Shown here one piece after another: positions 1-13,958 of a stretch of DNA of 64,000 bases. Made by a program: the position numbers and the translations under genes. Positions within the stretch are counted from its first letter, which is position 1; every line of letters begins with the position of its first letter. Source of the DNA: Eimeria praecox (Eukaryota). The notes under the pieces are model-generated. The model was not told where the DNA came from, made no database searches, and saw nothing but the letters and a program-made list of their open reading frames with translations. Where the stretch lies: NCBI GenBank assembly GCA_963920595.1, contig OY986947.1, forward strand, positions 4,712,001 to 4,776,000. Direction: 5' to 3'.

Positions 1-3000
1 TGCTGCCCACGGTGGGTTACATATTGCAGTAGTCGCCTTCCAAAGCCGTACTTTCTACAGTATTGCCGTGATATCCTCAACGTGTTTGTGCCCACCTTCC
101 ACGGGATTTTGTATACACTTCGCAACAAGGCCAACGCTTTCCAAACGTGCAACACTGGATTGCGCGCTTTATTCTGTTCCATGTTTACGATCGGTTTTGC
201 AGGATGTCTGCAACATTGCACCGGGCCGCTGCTTGCCGACAACAGATTGAAAACCCAGTGCACAGGTTCAAGCGGAGGCCCGCAGCCACTGGGGAAATGT
301 GCCGATCCTGCTCAAGAGTTTCAAAAGATAGTGAACAAAGAGATGTGGGGACAATTCTTGCCGGACTGGCTCACGCAGGGTAAAGCCCCTGCGCCCTGCT
401 CAGAGCTGGTGGAGCTCCAGGAAGAGGACCCTCAAGCGTGGCAGCGTCAGGTTTATCTGATGGTATCCCATCTTGATACGAGTAAGCAGGACAGCGCCTA
501 CCCACTTTGATGAGCAGTTAACTGAACCACTAATAGGTCACTGGCCAATGCACGTGCGCTTGGTCCCTACGTGGAATCTGGGAAGGCAGCGTTCTTTTTG
601 GCAGCTTTCTCTAAGTAGTGGCTAAACACTTTACGAGATAAAGTGCGAATATGTCTGATGCAGTTGGCTGTGGCAAAGATCACCGAGGATTCGACTCCTT
701 CGGAAGGTACTCCATCAAGTTGGAGATGATTCAGAACTTGTATGACATGTTTGCCAGCACTGCGAAGAAAGCGACTCTCGAAAACTTTGTCAACTGGCTA
801 GTGAAGCTGAGGGAGCCTTTACCTCAGAACCTTCAGACACCCACAGCTGTAGCCCTTCAATACGCTGGCGGCCATCCACAGACTCAGGTGCGAGTTAGTA
901 AAGCTTTTACCATGGCAGTGAAAGGGGACCCAACTTATGCGCAGTGCAAGGCTGAAGACACAAAGATTATTTCGGAGCTAATTGCTTCACTTGGCAGCAT
1001 TTTTTACACGTTGAAAGCTTTCGATGACTTCGTCAAGGAGCGGCGTGCCCAGGAAGAAGTTATCACTCGGCAAGTGACTGCACCGCTTGGTGAGCTACGG
1101 GGAAGTGGGAATAGCTGATTTAACTGCTTGCCTCCATTACTGCAAATTGAGACGTCTTTAACTTCAGCATTCAAGAATACCTGTCTGGAGCGAAAACCTT
1201 CGGTGTAACACGCTTCTGCGTCCTATGATTTGTTTCTGCAGCTGCTAAAGCTAGGCCCATTCTCAACCAGCTAATGATAACGTACGCTTTAACAGGAACG
1301 CCGTACCCCGATGTAGTAATACGCTATCCAACGTACTTCTCAACTACTGCTGTTGCTTCTCTCTCCAATTCTGGGATCGAAGCGATGTGGGTTCTAGTCT
1401 ACATGCAAAACGTTCTTGGAAGCATCTCAACTAATCAGTTATCAGGCCCTCGTATCATCAAGCACTTTGTTGAAGCAGCTATTGCCACAGAAGCCTGGAC
1501 TAGGGAATGTCTGCAGGCCTGTGGGAGAACTTGCTCGATGCAGTATGAGGGGGAAGCTGGTTTATCAATAACCATAGGTGGTGTGTCACTGCAGACTCCC
1601 AGACTCCATTCCCCTGCACTTGCACCGGCAATGGCAGAACGAGCACTTGCTTAAATGCTCCCTGAAGTTTCTTCTGTACACAGAGTGCTTGATACTTCAA
1701 GTTTTTAAACCTTCTTTGGTATGTCATGTGTGCAGCAGAAACGGCTGTCAAACCATACACCTTTCCTGCAACTGAAGAAGAGGCACTGGCAGCTGGGGTC
1801 TTCCGCTGGCTACTGCCAACGTTTCCTCCACTTCCATGCCAAAAGCCTAACAGGAAGGTGATTCCTGTTGTTCTGCCCATCCCACCCCCGACTTTGCCTC
1901 CTGTTCCAGAACCTTCAAAGGAAGTCGAACCTCAGAAAGAACCCGAAGAAGAGCCCTCTCCGCCACCACCGCCACCACCAGCAGCCCCAGAAACGACTAC
2001 ACTCCCTCCACCTGAACAACAACCTGAACCCTCCGAGATCGCAGGCGGAAGGGTCATACCAATACCTGTTAAGCAAATATCTATCAAGAAGAAGCACAAG
2101 GAAACCGACGTAGTCAAGACTGAGAACAAGGATGCTGTTGAACCAGAAGAAATGATTACCGTTATCCCCCCCAAGCCAGATGTAGCTCCAACAGTGGACA
2201 AGACAGAAGACGGTAAAAGGCTAATAATTCAAAAATTTCCTTCCAGCTAGTGCAAGAGCCTTCGATGTCGAAAGAAGGAATTTTCCATACTCTTCACTGT
2301 GCACGAACAGGGAATGGCATGGGAAGATCGAGTGCGTTTTGGGAATTGTTTGCGCCTACAGCCTGCATGCAAGTTGTGCGCCTCTACGAGAAGTATATTC
2401 AAGGATCCGCAATCAAAGACGTTGAGACTCTCCATGAAGCTGCAATGAAAGTACCTTTGTTTAGTGCCACGCGACAAGAACTTGGAATCCAAGAAGATGA
2501 CAGGTCACTCCAGAAATTTCGCCTGGCGTTATGTGTGACGTGCGGTGAGGCTTGTTTGTGATTCGGACTTCAAGACACTGTTGTTTATTGCCCATCAATA
2601 ATGTTTATTGATGCTGAATTGTGCTCATTGAGATCTTCTTCTCTGTCATTGTGCCTGCAGCTAAGTACATACCCGCCTTGCAGCTGGCAACGGGAGAAGA
2701 GAAGGAACGACTAAAAGCTTCCATCGAAAAGAGCAAGGAGGCATGCGGCTCGGTGTACGAAAAAACCCTGTGGGGTAAGTAACGTGCCTCTCAGATTGGC
2801 TAGAACGAGCTGAATGTTATCGAGAGTTAAAAGGGCAAAGCATTTATGCGAGGAGGGACTTGCCATGGAAACCAATATCTTATGCTGCAACAGCCTACAG
2901 CCTATCTATAATGGTCCTGTTACGCTTCTGTGTGATGCTACCTTTCCTTTCCAGCGGCGGAAATTGAAGGCGGCACGCCTTTGGCTTCCTCAACACGTGA

Positions 3001-4179
3001 GCGCATTTGATAAATTCTAACTTTCCCGCATTTTAAGAATCTGCAGATTGGTCGTCACAGTGAAACCAGTTTTACTGGCTAGCTCTTCCTATGCTTTGTG
3101 CGTTTGGATGTGTACAGCGAACTCACCCGTTACATCGAGCGTGCAGCTGAACTTGCAGGTATCAGCCATAGCTCACCGACTCCTTGGAGGAATTGAGCCG
3201 CTGCTGCAGGCTGCTGAAAGGGAGGCAAAAGCCATAGAGGTCTGCGCCTCAGCAGAAGTACTAGGGAGGTCCCTACAGGATGCTAAATGCCTTCTTCTTC
3301 GCAGACATCCGGAAACCAGCTCCCCATTACTGTTGGCACTCGGTAGAATGTCCAGAGGAGCAGCACGAAAGATGCGTACGTCAAAACAGTCATTCCCAAC
3401 CCTCCCTTGCCCCCCTGTCTGAAAGTGGAGCTGCGTAAAGCATGAAAACAATATGTTTCCATTCAGCTGTTGTAAGCACAATAAGATGGCACATTCCATC
3501 CTCAAAAAACTATTTACGTGCGCGCTGTGTGCAGGTTTTCACAAAGTGTGCTCCAAAATCGGTAAGTAGCGGCAGACTGGCAATATATTTATATTGGCAG
3601 CTTTCTGTTCTCTTTATTATCTAAATCTCACAGGTCGTGAGAAGATCTTTCGTGAATTTTATTCGTGGAACTCTCCGTCTCTGGGCGCTTGCCAGGATTT
3701 CCTTTTGCTGTCCCTGTTATGTGCTTACCTCTGCAGCAGCAGGGCTTGCAGAGATTTTTGGCTCAGCTTCTAGCGCCGGGGGAAAGCGGCTGCCTCCTTC
3801 TACTATGGCTGGGGGGCTAAGAAACTGGCTGCCTCAGCAAGGAGGGCTGCGTGCTTGGGCCACCGCAGCGCACCAAAAGCTCAAGTCTGATACAGCTGTA
3901 GCGGCCCTATGCGCTGCTCTCCGTTACGCTGAGTACATCCGGCAAATCACAATGCCTGGGTTGGAATTTGACCGGAATCTGTCCCAATGGAATCTTTCGT
4001 TGCCTTCAAATGGTCTTCCGCTCGTGAACGCGTTGCGCTCTGCATCCAATGCGAAGCAGACATTAACGCAGGAACTTTGTGTGCTAACACCTCCAGGTCA
4101 GCTTTTGCCGAACTTGTCACCCACCGATGCAAACGAACAGTCTAAATTTTCCACGATTATTTCACTACTGATACAATAG
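1..4179 (+). CDS. Hypothetical multi-exon protein, 5' end outside the window, with a Pro/Glu-rich internal segment
   Basis: ORF pieces join in frame at GT-AG sites: ..WLTQ|VGCGKDHRGFDSFGRYSIKLEMIQNLYDMF (to ~1090), AKARPILNQLMITYALTG (~1242-1577), ETAVKPYTFP..PPPPPP (1735-2212), VQEPSMSK..LCVTC (2251-2544), AKYIPALQ (2661-2774), last exon ..IISLLIQ* ending at 4179. The linkage between 2775 and 3737 is uncertain. No family recognised. Confidence 0.6.
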
Positions 4180-4419
4180 TGTCCTCAAATAGGCGGGTGC
4201 TTAGCTGCTGAAAAGGATACATGAACACCTGCATTTTGGGCTTAACTCTGCTTTGCTGCAGCACAAGACGTGCAACGACTGCCTCAGCGGTTCGATCCTG
4301 CCCAGTGGGCCGCCCTGGTGCTGCAGATTGGACAGCAAGGCGAAGCATCGACACCTGGTATGCAATGCTCACAGAGCAAGCACTGGATTGCAGAGCCATC
4401 ATTATGTGCACGCATACGC

Positions 4420-4451
<32 letters not shown>

Positions 4452-5023
4452 GAACAGCACATAAATCTGGACTTTCAACGTTGTCCCTTGCTCTTCTGTG
4501 CAATGCAGAATCCCCTCGGAGCAGTGAGGCATAAGAAGAATTTTGTAAAGAAAGCCGGATTTTATGAGCCTTTAAGGCTGAGCGCCTGCTTGCTGCAATT
4601 ATTTGGAGTTAGCAAGGCAAAGAAATGTTTATTCAGATGCCTCTAAGCATATAGGGGGGAGGTGCGTCCCCCTTCTACTGAGACATAACCCAGCAATTGG
4701 TTTTCTCCGTTCAACTATTTTTGCCACTGTGCATATACACGTAAAACTTTTCGCTGATGAGCAGTGGCAGTCATGTCTGTCTGTGCTTGCTTCTTAATAT
4801 CTGGCGAACTGTAAAGCTGTAATTTCCACATCCCGCCTGTACTGTGAAAAGCATCTAAGCAGATGCACCATCAATAAACTTAAAGTGCATCCAGTATCAG
4901 GGTTTTTCCCAGTCGTACTTTCATAAGCAGCTTGCTGCCTAGGCATGCCTTGTGCCGAAACAGCCTCTTTCGGCAAAAGAGTACCAAAAAATCCAGCATT
5001 AGATGCACTGTTGACAGTAAGCT

Positions 5024-8000
5024 TCACTGGCCATCTGCGCTTCCCACTGAACTCAAGGCATCAAAGTTGCCATCATCATTCCCACCAGCCGCAGAAGATT
5101 CCCCTAAGGCGGCCAACGGAGGACCTGCTTGCAAGGGAATAGCTGACTGTAAGTTACCATGGGGCTCCATTTGACTGTCAGGCAGGCCTTGCCCCATCGC
5201 GGCCTGCTGCTGTTGCTGCTGTAGTTTCTGTTCCCTCCTTGCCCTCTTCCTGTCTTTCTTCTGTTTCCTTCTTTCCTTGCGAAGCCGCAAGCGCTCGCGC
5301 TCCTCGGCGTCATCAACTTCTCCACCAAGCGTTAAGCCTTCTGGGATGCCGTGCAACAGTTGTTGACCCTGCTGCTCCACCAACAGCTGCTGCTGCAACT
5401 GCTGCTGCTGGCTCATCTGCATCTGCAGATGAGAATTGGGAGTCAGCATGCCTGTATGAGGCGAATCGGCCTCCTGCTGGCCCCCGTTCCCAACTGGAGC
5501 AAACCTCGAAAGGCCCCCTGGCGCCCCACCCTTTCCTCGTCTCGACCGTGAATTCGGATCTGCACGAGCCCATCAAGCAGGAGAGCAATAATTCTGTCAG
5601 CCACACCAAAACTATCGGGGAATCGCAGCAGGGCGCACCCTAGATAAGGAACTGGTTACATACCTGCCCCAGACAGCGAGACATTGTCGGACTGAATTGA
5701 AAATAGGATGTCTGAAGCATCAGAGAGGTACTCGTCCTCTTGTTCAACCATGTTAAGCAGCTCAGTTACATCTTCCGTGGTCAGCACCACGCGATCCACT
5801 CGAGAAGCCTCTGTGCCGCCTTGCTGCTGCAGCTCTTGCTGTTCTTGCTCTTTTTTGCGAGCTTCCAACATATCCAGTTCAGTGTGGACTTCGATCTCAT
5901 ATGTATCACGCCGAAGACCGTGGAGTAACTGAGCCAGTGGTCACATAAACAGTCACGTTTAGTTGCAGCATAGAAGAGTACCAATGAGACAGGGCGTCCA
6001 CGGGAACATGAGCAACGTAGGCGCCCCACGGGGAACAGAAGCACCCTCCCCTCGCTTGCAGGCAAGTGCCAGATACAGGTCTGCTGGCAGCTCATTGCAT
6101 GCACATCTCAACCGGACACTGCCCACGCCACACACTTGCGGGTGGATGAATGCTTGCCTGAAGGACTTCGAGCTCCGCGTCCCTTATTTCTTCGCGATCA
6201 AAGAGGTCTATGTTTTTAAACTTTCGGCTCCGAATGCGGTGAGTGGGAGGCGTTAGCCCAGCCCGCCATTCCCACTGCTGCTTGTCGCACAGGCTCCCAA
6301 GATCCAGGTTATTCACTTGCGGATCAAAAACGTACAGCATCTGAGAAACATCGCCTGAGCAAAGAAGGTACATATGCCATAAAGTGCGTCTTGTACACGA
6401 GAGCTAAGCCTGCGGTTCGACGCATAGCAACAGAATACAAAATGTTAAACAACAAAGCACAACGCAAACTACACTTGCGGACAAAATCGAATAAACAGGA
6501 AACAAGCAGCTGGTATAAGTAAGATAGACTTTGCTCAGGAAGAACAGCAACCCTACGTCAGCTAACACAAGCCTGAGCGAAGACCTAACCATGTGACCGA
6601 AACCATCGAGTTCCACTGGAGCAAAAGCCCTAGCCCGCACACGGTTGAATTCCCTGTAGGTCTTAACGCTTAGAGAAATATGGGCCGGCATTAACAGAAG
6701 CAGCAGAGGAGCCCACCGCAGAATATGCAATAGAATGACAGCCTACGCGCTTCAACCCACCTGACTTAAAGAGAATATCCGAGTCCACCGTCTTGTAGGT
6801 TTCAATCAGAGTTGGCAACTCCACCAGGATGCCCCGCAGCCGCCCACGATACCCGGAAACCTGCGATGTCGCGTTCACAAGTTCGTTAATCCCGGTGATG
6901 TGCGTTGAACAGCTAGCTACCCGACTGGCTAGCTAGCTAGCTGGCTGACTAGCAACGGAAGAGAGTGGAGCATGCCGACCTTGACGTCGAATGCCCTGTA
7001 GTTGTAATCTGGTCTTGGAATTATGGTGAGTCCTAGTGCCGCCGCCCCCGGGTCTGGTGGATCGATTCCTTCTGCTGCAGCAGCGGCTGCCGCCGCAGCA
7101 GCATTGTGTAGCCGCTGCCTTAGTGTCTCTGCAACCTCTGCAGGGAATCGTATTAACGTTTGGCGATCCAGCTGTGGGCAATCTTCTCCCATCCAATCCT
7201 CCAACTCCGACACAGAGAGAAGGCCTCGGCGCAGGGCAGTCTGCTGCCTAGAGAGTATCCAGCAGCAAACGCATTCAACCCAACAACTCAGAATATGATA
7301 GAAAAGACGAATATACGAGTACCAGTATAGAGAATAACCTCCCTTAAAACTGTTTACATGTACCCCTTAATCATTCCAAGTGCTCGCACACACATAATCT
7401 GTAAGCTTACAGTGAGGCAATATACACATAGCGCCCCCTTTACGGCATATCCATACAAATGTGCTGTGTGTGTGAGTGCGTGTGCCTGTAAGCACTGTGC
7501 AATGGCTATTCCTCTGAAGCTACGATTAAATAAATTGCTGAATAGCGTGCAAAGCCTTCATGCACATGAGATATGGCAAGAGATTATCGCCCTGCTTCTA
7601 AGCCCCTCATGCGTCTGAAAGCCTCCCTAGAATTCCCTTAATATGTTTTGTGATTCTCAATGAAACCTAAAGCTAGCATAATGGTGAATGCTAAGACGAG
7701 GCCTAAGACGCACTTCCGAGCGATCTCGCGTTCCCGCTGCTGCGCCCTCTCCACGTAGTCTGCCATCTCCAAGGCCTGCTGGTGGTCTGCCAGCCCTGGA
7801 CCTGCGCAATAAGGACAGGTTTAGCTTTGAAAAAGGCTGTGGACAGTTCGTTGTGATGCTTTGACGGGTTAGCCACTGCTGATGTCGGCTCTAGTCATCA
7901 ACTCACCTGGTTGAGACGGATAGCCTGGCTGCTGCTGTGTGCTGTACATTTGAGGCGGCACATATTGTTGCTGCATAAACTGTTGCTGGAGTCCCTGTTG

Positions 8001-8156
8001 CTGCTGCTGCTGCTGCTGCTGCTGGGATAAATACATACAGTCTGCAGCCTGGGACCGCTGGGTGTAAGAGACAACATCAGAGGCCCCTCCATCAAGCAGA
8101 GAGGAGGGAGAAGAGTCGGGACGACTCTCAGCAGGATAACCCCGCCAATCCTCCAT
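5024..8156 (-). CDS. TAF7: Transcription initiation factor TFIID subunit 7 (TAFII55 N-terminal domain), about 7 exons
   Basis: The spliced product contains QTLIRFPAEVAETLRQRL, GILVELPTLIETYKT..LFKSGDVSQML and AGLTPPTHRIRSRKF, matching the TAF7 motifs LVDLP.IIES.KT, K..DI.QML and G.TPP....R.R.F. Exons are about 8156-7907, 7801-7714, 7247-6980, 6860-6761, 6354-6158, 5928-5664 and 5559-5024. Confidence 0.88.
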
Positions 8157-10169
8157 TTTCTGTCAGAGTCTGTCTGCACAATAACTTCTTCACACTATGG
8201 GCAGCATCAGGTCGCAGGCCTCATACCTTACTCACATCAGGGAACCACTGGAAGAAGATTTAACGCAGAAATTTAACAAAACCAGAATAATGTAATTAAA
8301 TTAAATACCACAGATTACTGTTTGGGAACATCGGAGAAGCCCCAGGAGGGCCCGCGAACGAACTGGCGGTGAGGAGGGGGGCCCTACATACACGAACCTG
8401 AGGGCTTCCCATACTTAACATTGTTTTCATCTTGAATAATAATACAGTATTTACTAAACAAAAGAGTTTTAACCCAGGAAAGACAGTTGATTCCATTAAC
8501 TACGTGGTTGGATAATCGCTAAAGGGAACAATCTCGTACAGAGGTTGAGTGCCTACAGAATCGTAACAACCACCGTAACGAAGTATCGTAACGCCACAGT
8601 GGAGTTAAGACGGCGAAAAATCAACTTGATTTTGTACCAGAAGTTGTAAGCTCTGTGTGAAGTCCAGGTCACCAGCAGCACGAGAAAGGAGATAGCGGAA
8701 AGGCACCGATTGATTCGGCCCTGCTGTTGATCCTACACTCTGAAGCATGCAAAGGACGCAGCAGCAGCAGTAGGAACGTTTGAACTGTGGAGAGGCAGGG
8801 GATAATCAGCAACAGAGGGGTGAAACCGGAGCAGCAGCAGTCATGTTGGCTGTAGGGCACCTACGTGTGTGCTAGTAGTGCTTCAAACCTCTACATATTC
8901 ATTGGAGCACTTATTCGATCTTTCGAAGGAGGGTAGGACGGACGGCCGCAGCATTCACAGGATAACTATCTAGCAGGAGTAACATCAACAGAACCTGCAG
9001 CAACAGTGTCTGGAGGTCGCATCACCCTTGCCTATAAAGAGCATCTTTCACAGCAAGTTGAAGTAAACCGGAAATAGGTATAACAAAGCCAGCAGCAGCC
9101 GCAGCAAAAACATATTCTCCTCCAAAGGAGCACAGGGCGCAGATACTTTGGAGTGGAACCCCAAAAGAGGAACAGCTGCGGTTAGGCGAATCAGAATCCG
9201 CGGGATCTTGAAACGGAGGGGGAGCCGCGCCGCCGTAGTAGAAGGAGGGTACTGCAGCAGCTGATACGGGAGAAGCTGTATCAACACTAAACAGCAAGTA
9301 TGGCAGCAGATCTGCATCCGCACGATCAGCATGGACGTCACGGCACTCATGACATTGTGCCTCACGGGGCGAAGGAAAGGTCTCAGGTGGAGGAGTCTTT
9401 CCGAAAGACAAAGCTACCTCCTCTTTCTTTAGCGAGAGGTAACAACACACAGCGGAAAAACAATATGAAGGCCCTCCCTCGATATTTCAACCCATAGAAG
9501 TCCTCTTGCACTCTACATATTATTAGTTTATCGCATCGTTGTCGCAGTTTGCGCCGCTCAGATACCATTTACAGACAATATCCGTGTCAAGATTCAGCAA
9601 GCGCACAAGCACACAAAAGGAGAGGGAGAGAGCCTTTGTTTCAAATGGAGAAAGATATAGAGGCAGACACAGAAACATAAGGAGAGATAGAAACAGAAAC
9701 AGAGTACAGAAGAACGCAGAGGAACAGGAAGAGAGGGAGTTTAACCATTAGCCTGGTGCGCGTGTATGTTAAGCACTTATCACAAGTGTCAAGTGTTTTG
9801 TGTGAGCAAAGATACATCCCAAGCTCAGCCTCCAAATTTGCTGCTCATTAGACTTATTTGTCTTCATTGCAGACGATTTCCCCTCCGTCGTGCTATCCGA
9901 ACGTTACCGGGACAGGCAGATCAAGCTCTCCCCAGACAGACTTATCTGCCAAGGACACAAGGTAACTGTCCCCCTGTTTATAGCGATGCTTCTATTGCAG
10001 TAGGACCATTCGAGTAGCCTGCTGCTGTTCTGATTGCTAGCTTGTGACGGTGCTGCTGTTTCTCGCTGCTGCAAACGGCGTTGGTGCCCCTTAGTACTTT
10101 GCCTTGGGGTTTTTTGTTTTTGTGCTACACTAGTTAGCTAACAACAGAAACCTGGAAGTTTGGGTGTAT

Positions 10170-13100
10170 TTACAGAATGTGTCGTACGGAGTCTAAGCCT
10201 GTTTCCGTGTACGTTTGTGTGGTACGTGCCCATAGGGTTGGACAAGCGTGTTTGCAACGCATGCATGCAGCAGTGGCTGCTTCTACTTCGAAGTAGAAGT
10301 CCTTAGCCCAGACACGAGCTCCCTCCACTTTTCGGGGTATCCTCCTGAGTTGAATCTTCAAAAGATGATCCGCCCTTACTTCAGGCAAGCTTTGGGTGGC
10401 TTTGTATGAGGCTTTAAAAGTGGGATTATAGGGTTATTACACCCAGGAACTCATTTTAGGGTCTGTACCAGTGCTTATCAGGCGTGTGGGTTGCTTGTTG
10501 AGCTTTGCGCCCATTCTGCTGCTAGGGACTTCTGATAGACAAATGTTAAGTCATTATGCTGCGTTTGGAGCTTGGCAGCACATCGGTGTATAGATTTATA
10601 TGTTGCTTTGACCTACATGACTATAAATCCGTAGTATATTCATGCACTTTCTCAGACAGAATGGTTTGCCTGTTTCCTTTGTTGGTTACTTGGCTTTCCT
10701 ACTAAATGGAGCCGCAAGAGTACCAAATGCTGATGCTCTTAGTTTCTCCCCTTACTAATTATGCATGCGTATGCGTGTGAATATGCTTTTGCTACACACA
10801 GAGTTGGATGGGCTTGCCGTTATCAACGATTTGATCTTCCAATTGGCGCTAACGCCTTCTCCTATGCCATCTCGGACTTTGGGGGCCTTTCAGTGGTGCA
10901 TGAGGCCCGGCGACAGCAGCCGCAGCATCTGCAAAATGTTAAAATAAGTCCGCAAGGTTTCCTGCTCAGCTACTTATGTTCTCTTAATCTTTCATAATCC
11001 TTAGCCTGCCGTCGTCTGCTTCTATGCCACATATCGAGTACAAGCGTTGGCGGCGAAGCATCCCATCGTAACCCCATTGTGTGATGCAGAGGAAGGTGAC
11101 ATCATTGGCTGTTGCATTTGCATTCCGGAACCAGTAGCGTGGCCTCCAGACCCTCGCGAAGACAGCAGACTCTACGAATATTTGCAAGGTTAGAAGTCCA
11201 CTATGGATGCCACCAGCAGCGCCTCGCCTAGGCTTGGTGCCAGAATGAGTGCTCATGGTAGAAGTGGCAGGAATAGGCACCAGCTACAGCCTTCTAGGTC
11301 GCAACCTCTGAACATTTGAAAGGGGTGTCGAAGAGTTGTGATGCCCTGCCTTTAGCTGTTGTGCTGCAGCGGGCATCCTTTGCTGTCCTGAAACGCCACC
11401 GGAGCCGAGGCGTAGCAAGCCCGAGGAATCTTGGATTGACTTCTCATTGAACGGGGAAAGGTCACAGTGCACACGAAAACAGTGATATAGATAAATATCT
11501 AAATATATTTGTGTTTGCGCTCGTATGGAAGCATGACTGAATTCGCGGTGGCGTGCCTGCATGCGTTTCGATGGATTTTAAGGTGCAAGCACTAGTTCCG
11601 AAATGCATGAATGCTGCAGCTGTAGTATCTCTTGCACGCTTCCGCAGAGAGGCTGCGCATGGCCGTGCAGCATCTTCGTAGTCGTGAATGCTCTCTATGC
11701 ATATACTGACGGTATAAATTCGTGGCCGCTGCCTATTAGTAACAGACAAAGACGTACATAAAAGGACACCAGAAAGCCCAATTGCATTTTGTTTGGATGC
11801 CCATATGTTTAACTATGTGCTTCTATCGTAACGCGTGCAGTTTTTCACCAAGCAGTAGAAACAGGCTTACATGAGCCTGCACGCTTGCTGCAGCCAGATT
11901 CCTACGCCAACGATGCGTTGTACATTGGTAGTCCTTGAACTTGTACGTTTTCCGTAGTTGAATTGCATCGCGTGCAAATGTATTCGCGTGGATTTTGAAG
12001 GCGTACCCAGTGCAACATTGCCATGCCATAATTCGATGTTAAAAGGCCTATACACAGCCCAAGGTATCCACGCGAGTTTGTGCCCCATCTGTGTGTATGC
12101 ATGGACGCACGTCAATATTTACCTGCAGCTGCGCCCAGGTCGATGAAGAAAGTGAAAACACATCTGCAATGCATCTGCGTACAGGCTGCCAAGAGTCTTT
12201 TCTGGAATCAGCGAGGGCGACTACCATCCAGCGATCTCCCTTTACATGGGTGCCAGACTGCGCTTTAATCCCGGTAATACTACTGGTGCTGCTGGACATT
12301 ATCCGCTGGCTTGAGGCCTTTATGCCACAGATGCCGTTGCTCACACACTGCACTCCTGTGTAGGGATCAACTGTGGTCTGTGACCTCGTGGTGCTTTTGT
12401 TATCAGGCCCAGACTTCAAGTTCCCTCCTGCCGAGTCTGAAGGGGCTCTGGGCGCCTGCTGCATGCGACGCCCCTTTATCCCGTGATGGCTGATGCGTGG
12501 GGATCCATACTAATCCGTACTATACTTTTATTACCACCTGGCATTTCTGTAGTGAAGGCTAAAAATTCATGTCTTAAGTAGAGGGTGCTGAAGGCCTGGT
12601 CCTGTACAGATTCGGTTGGGCAAAGGCAGGCCTGAGACCGACGTGGATCGACTGTGGTTTACGTATTGCTGCCCCCTTGCATGGAAAAAGGTTTTAACAA
12701 ACAATAATGAAGCTAATGCATCACCACACCAGGGCAACTGTTGTGGGAATCCGAAGATCTCACACTCTGCCCTGTAGCAATATAGACCAGCCGTTCGCTA
12801 ACCTCGACGCTCCCGACGTAGCGTCGTGGGAAAAGCCCACGACACTGTTGCTTCTCCGCGAGTGCTTCTGGAAAGTGCTCACGCGGATATAAAGAAAGAC
12901 TGCCGTAGTGACCCTCGCAAAAGAGGGAAGCACCGAAAGCCAGCCAAATGCATAAGGGCAGATGTCCTCTGCGAGGAGCAACTCAAAACGACGAGCAGCT
13001 TTAGGGCAGATATGACAGCTGCGTGTTACTCTGGCGAGGAAGCAAGTGCCGAAGTGAGATATTTTGACGGAGAGCTGACCAATGCATTTTGGGGTGCCGC

Positions 13101-13849
13101 TGAACATCTTCCACGTAGTACTGTGCATCAGAGGCCATAGGAATCCTCTTCAAAAAAGCAAGCGTAAATACTGGACAAAAGGTAATCGGGTTTTGCATGT
13201 CTTCAAGCACATACAGAACAAGAAACAATACCCTTCCCTTGATGCGACCAGAGAGAAATGCATGAGCTCCGTCGAAGGCGTCGTTTACCGTGTAAATACC
13301 TGTCGTTTTTCTCCTTGTACAGCACTTCCACTGTGCATGCACGGTTTCCCTTTTCTTGCTTTAAGATATAAGTGTGCCTACATGGGCCGCTTCTGCCTCT
13401 TCGACAACTGCTTCAGCAGGTGTGGGGGCAGGGGCCCGGCTTCTGCTTTCCCTAAAGTCGTCTTCCAGGGAAAACGCGGACCTACGAGGCGTTCCGTCGG
13501 TGTCCGAAACGTCCAATTCCAAACCGGGTTTGCCTAGCTTACCGGAAGAATGTGCTTGGCTCCCCCTTTCTACGTGTCGCGCTCCAACACCTGAATTGAT
13601 GCCTTTGCGCAGTAGAAGACCTGCAACTACTAGGGCAAGAACTAGTGTATAGAACTTCAAGCCGGATGGGGGCCAGGAAGCATTAGTTTTCAGTTCCTGA
13701 GTCCCCTGTACGCCGTCATTCGAACGCTCAGGTGCTCTAGGAGTCGAGGCCTCCGGCACTACGCTGCAAGGCACTGCCTCCTGACGGATTGCTCCCTCCG
13801 GCCTTCCCCCAGAGTCACCTACAAAGAGAACAGACAACTCGACTGCCAT
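10170..13849 (-). pseudogene. Hypothetical membrane-protein locus with an N-terminal TM helix; downstream frames are interrupted (pseudogene or unresolved splicing)
   Basis: The ATG at 13849 opens MAVELS..FYTLVLALVVAGLLLRK. Further protein-like minus-strand fragments lie at 13001-13300, 12048-12464, 11462-11749 and 10170-10388, but I could not splice them cleanly. Confidence 0.3.
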
Positions 13850-13958
13850 AAAACTAACTAGCCTGTCCCCCCGCAACGCGCAAGTTAAACCACCACGAAA
13901 AACTGTACACAGCAGGAACCCCAAAAGACCCTACCAGTCTCACACTTCTAGTACTGTA

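Noticed and set aside
1..4179. Assignment as a rhoptry-neck or other named secreted protein
   Set aside because: No diagnostic motif was recognised, and the N-terminus lies outside the window.
8669..10017. Short ORFs upstream of TAF7
   Set aside because: Stops occur in all frames, with no recognisable motif and no consistent splice model.
10761..10997. Kinase-like ISDFG motif
   Set aside because: There are no in-frame HxD, VAxK or APE motifs, so the evidence is insufficient.
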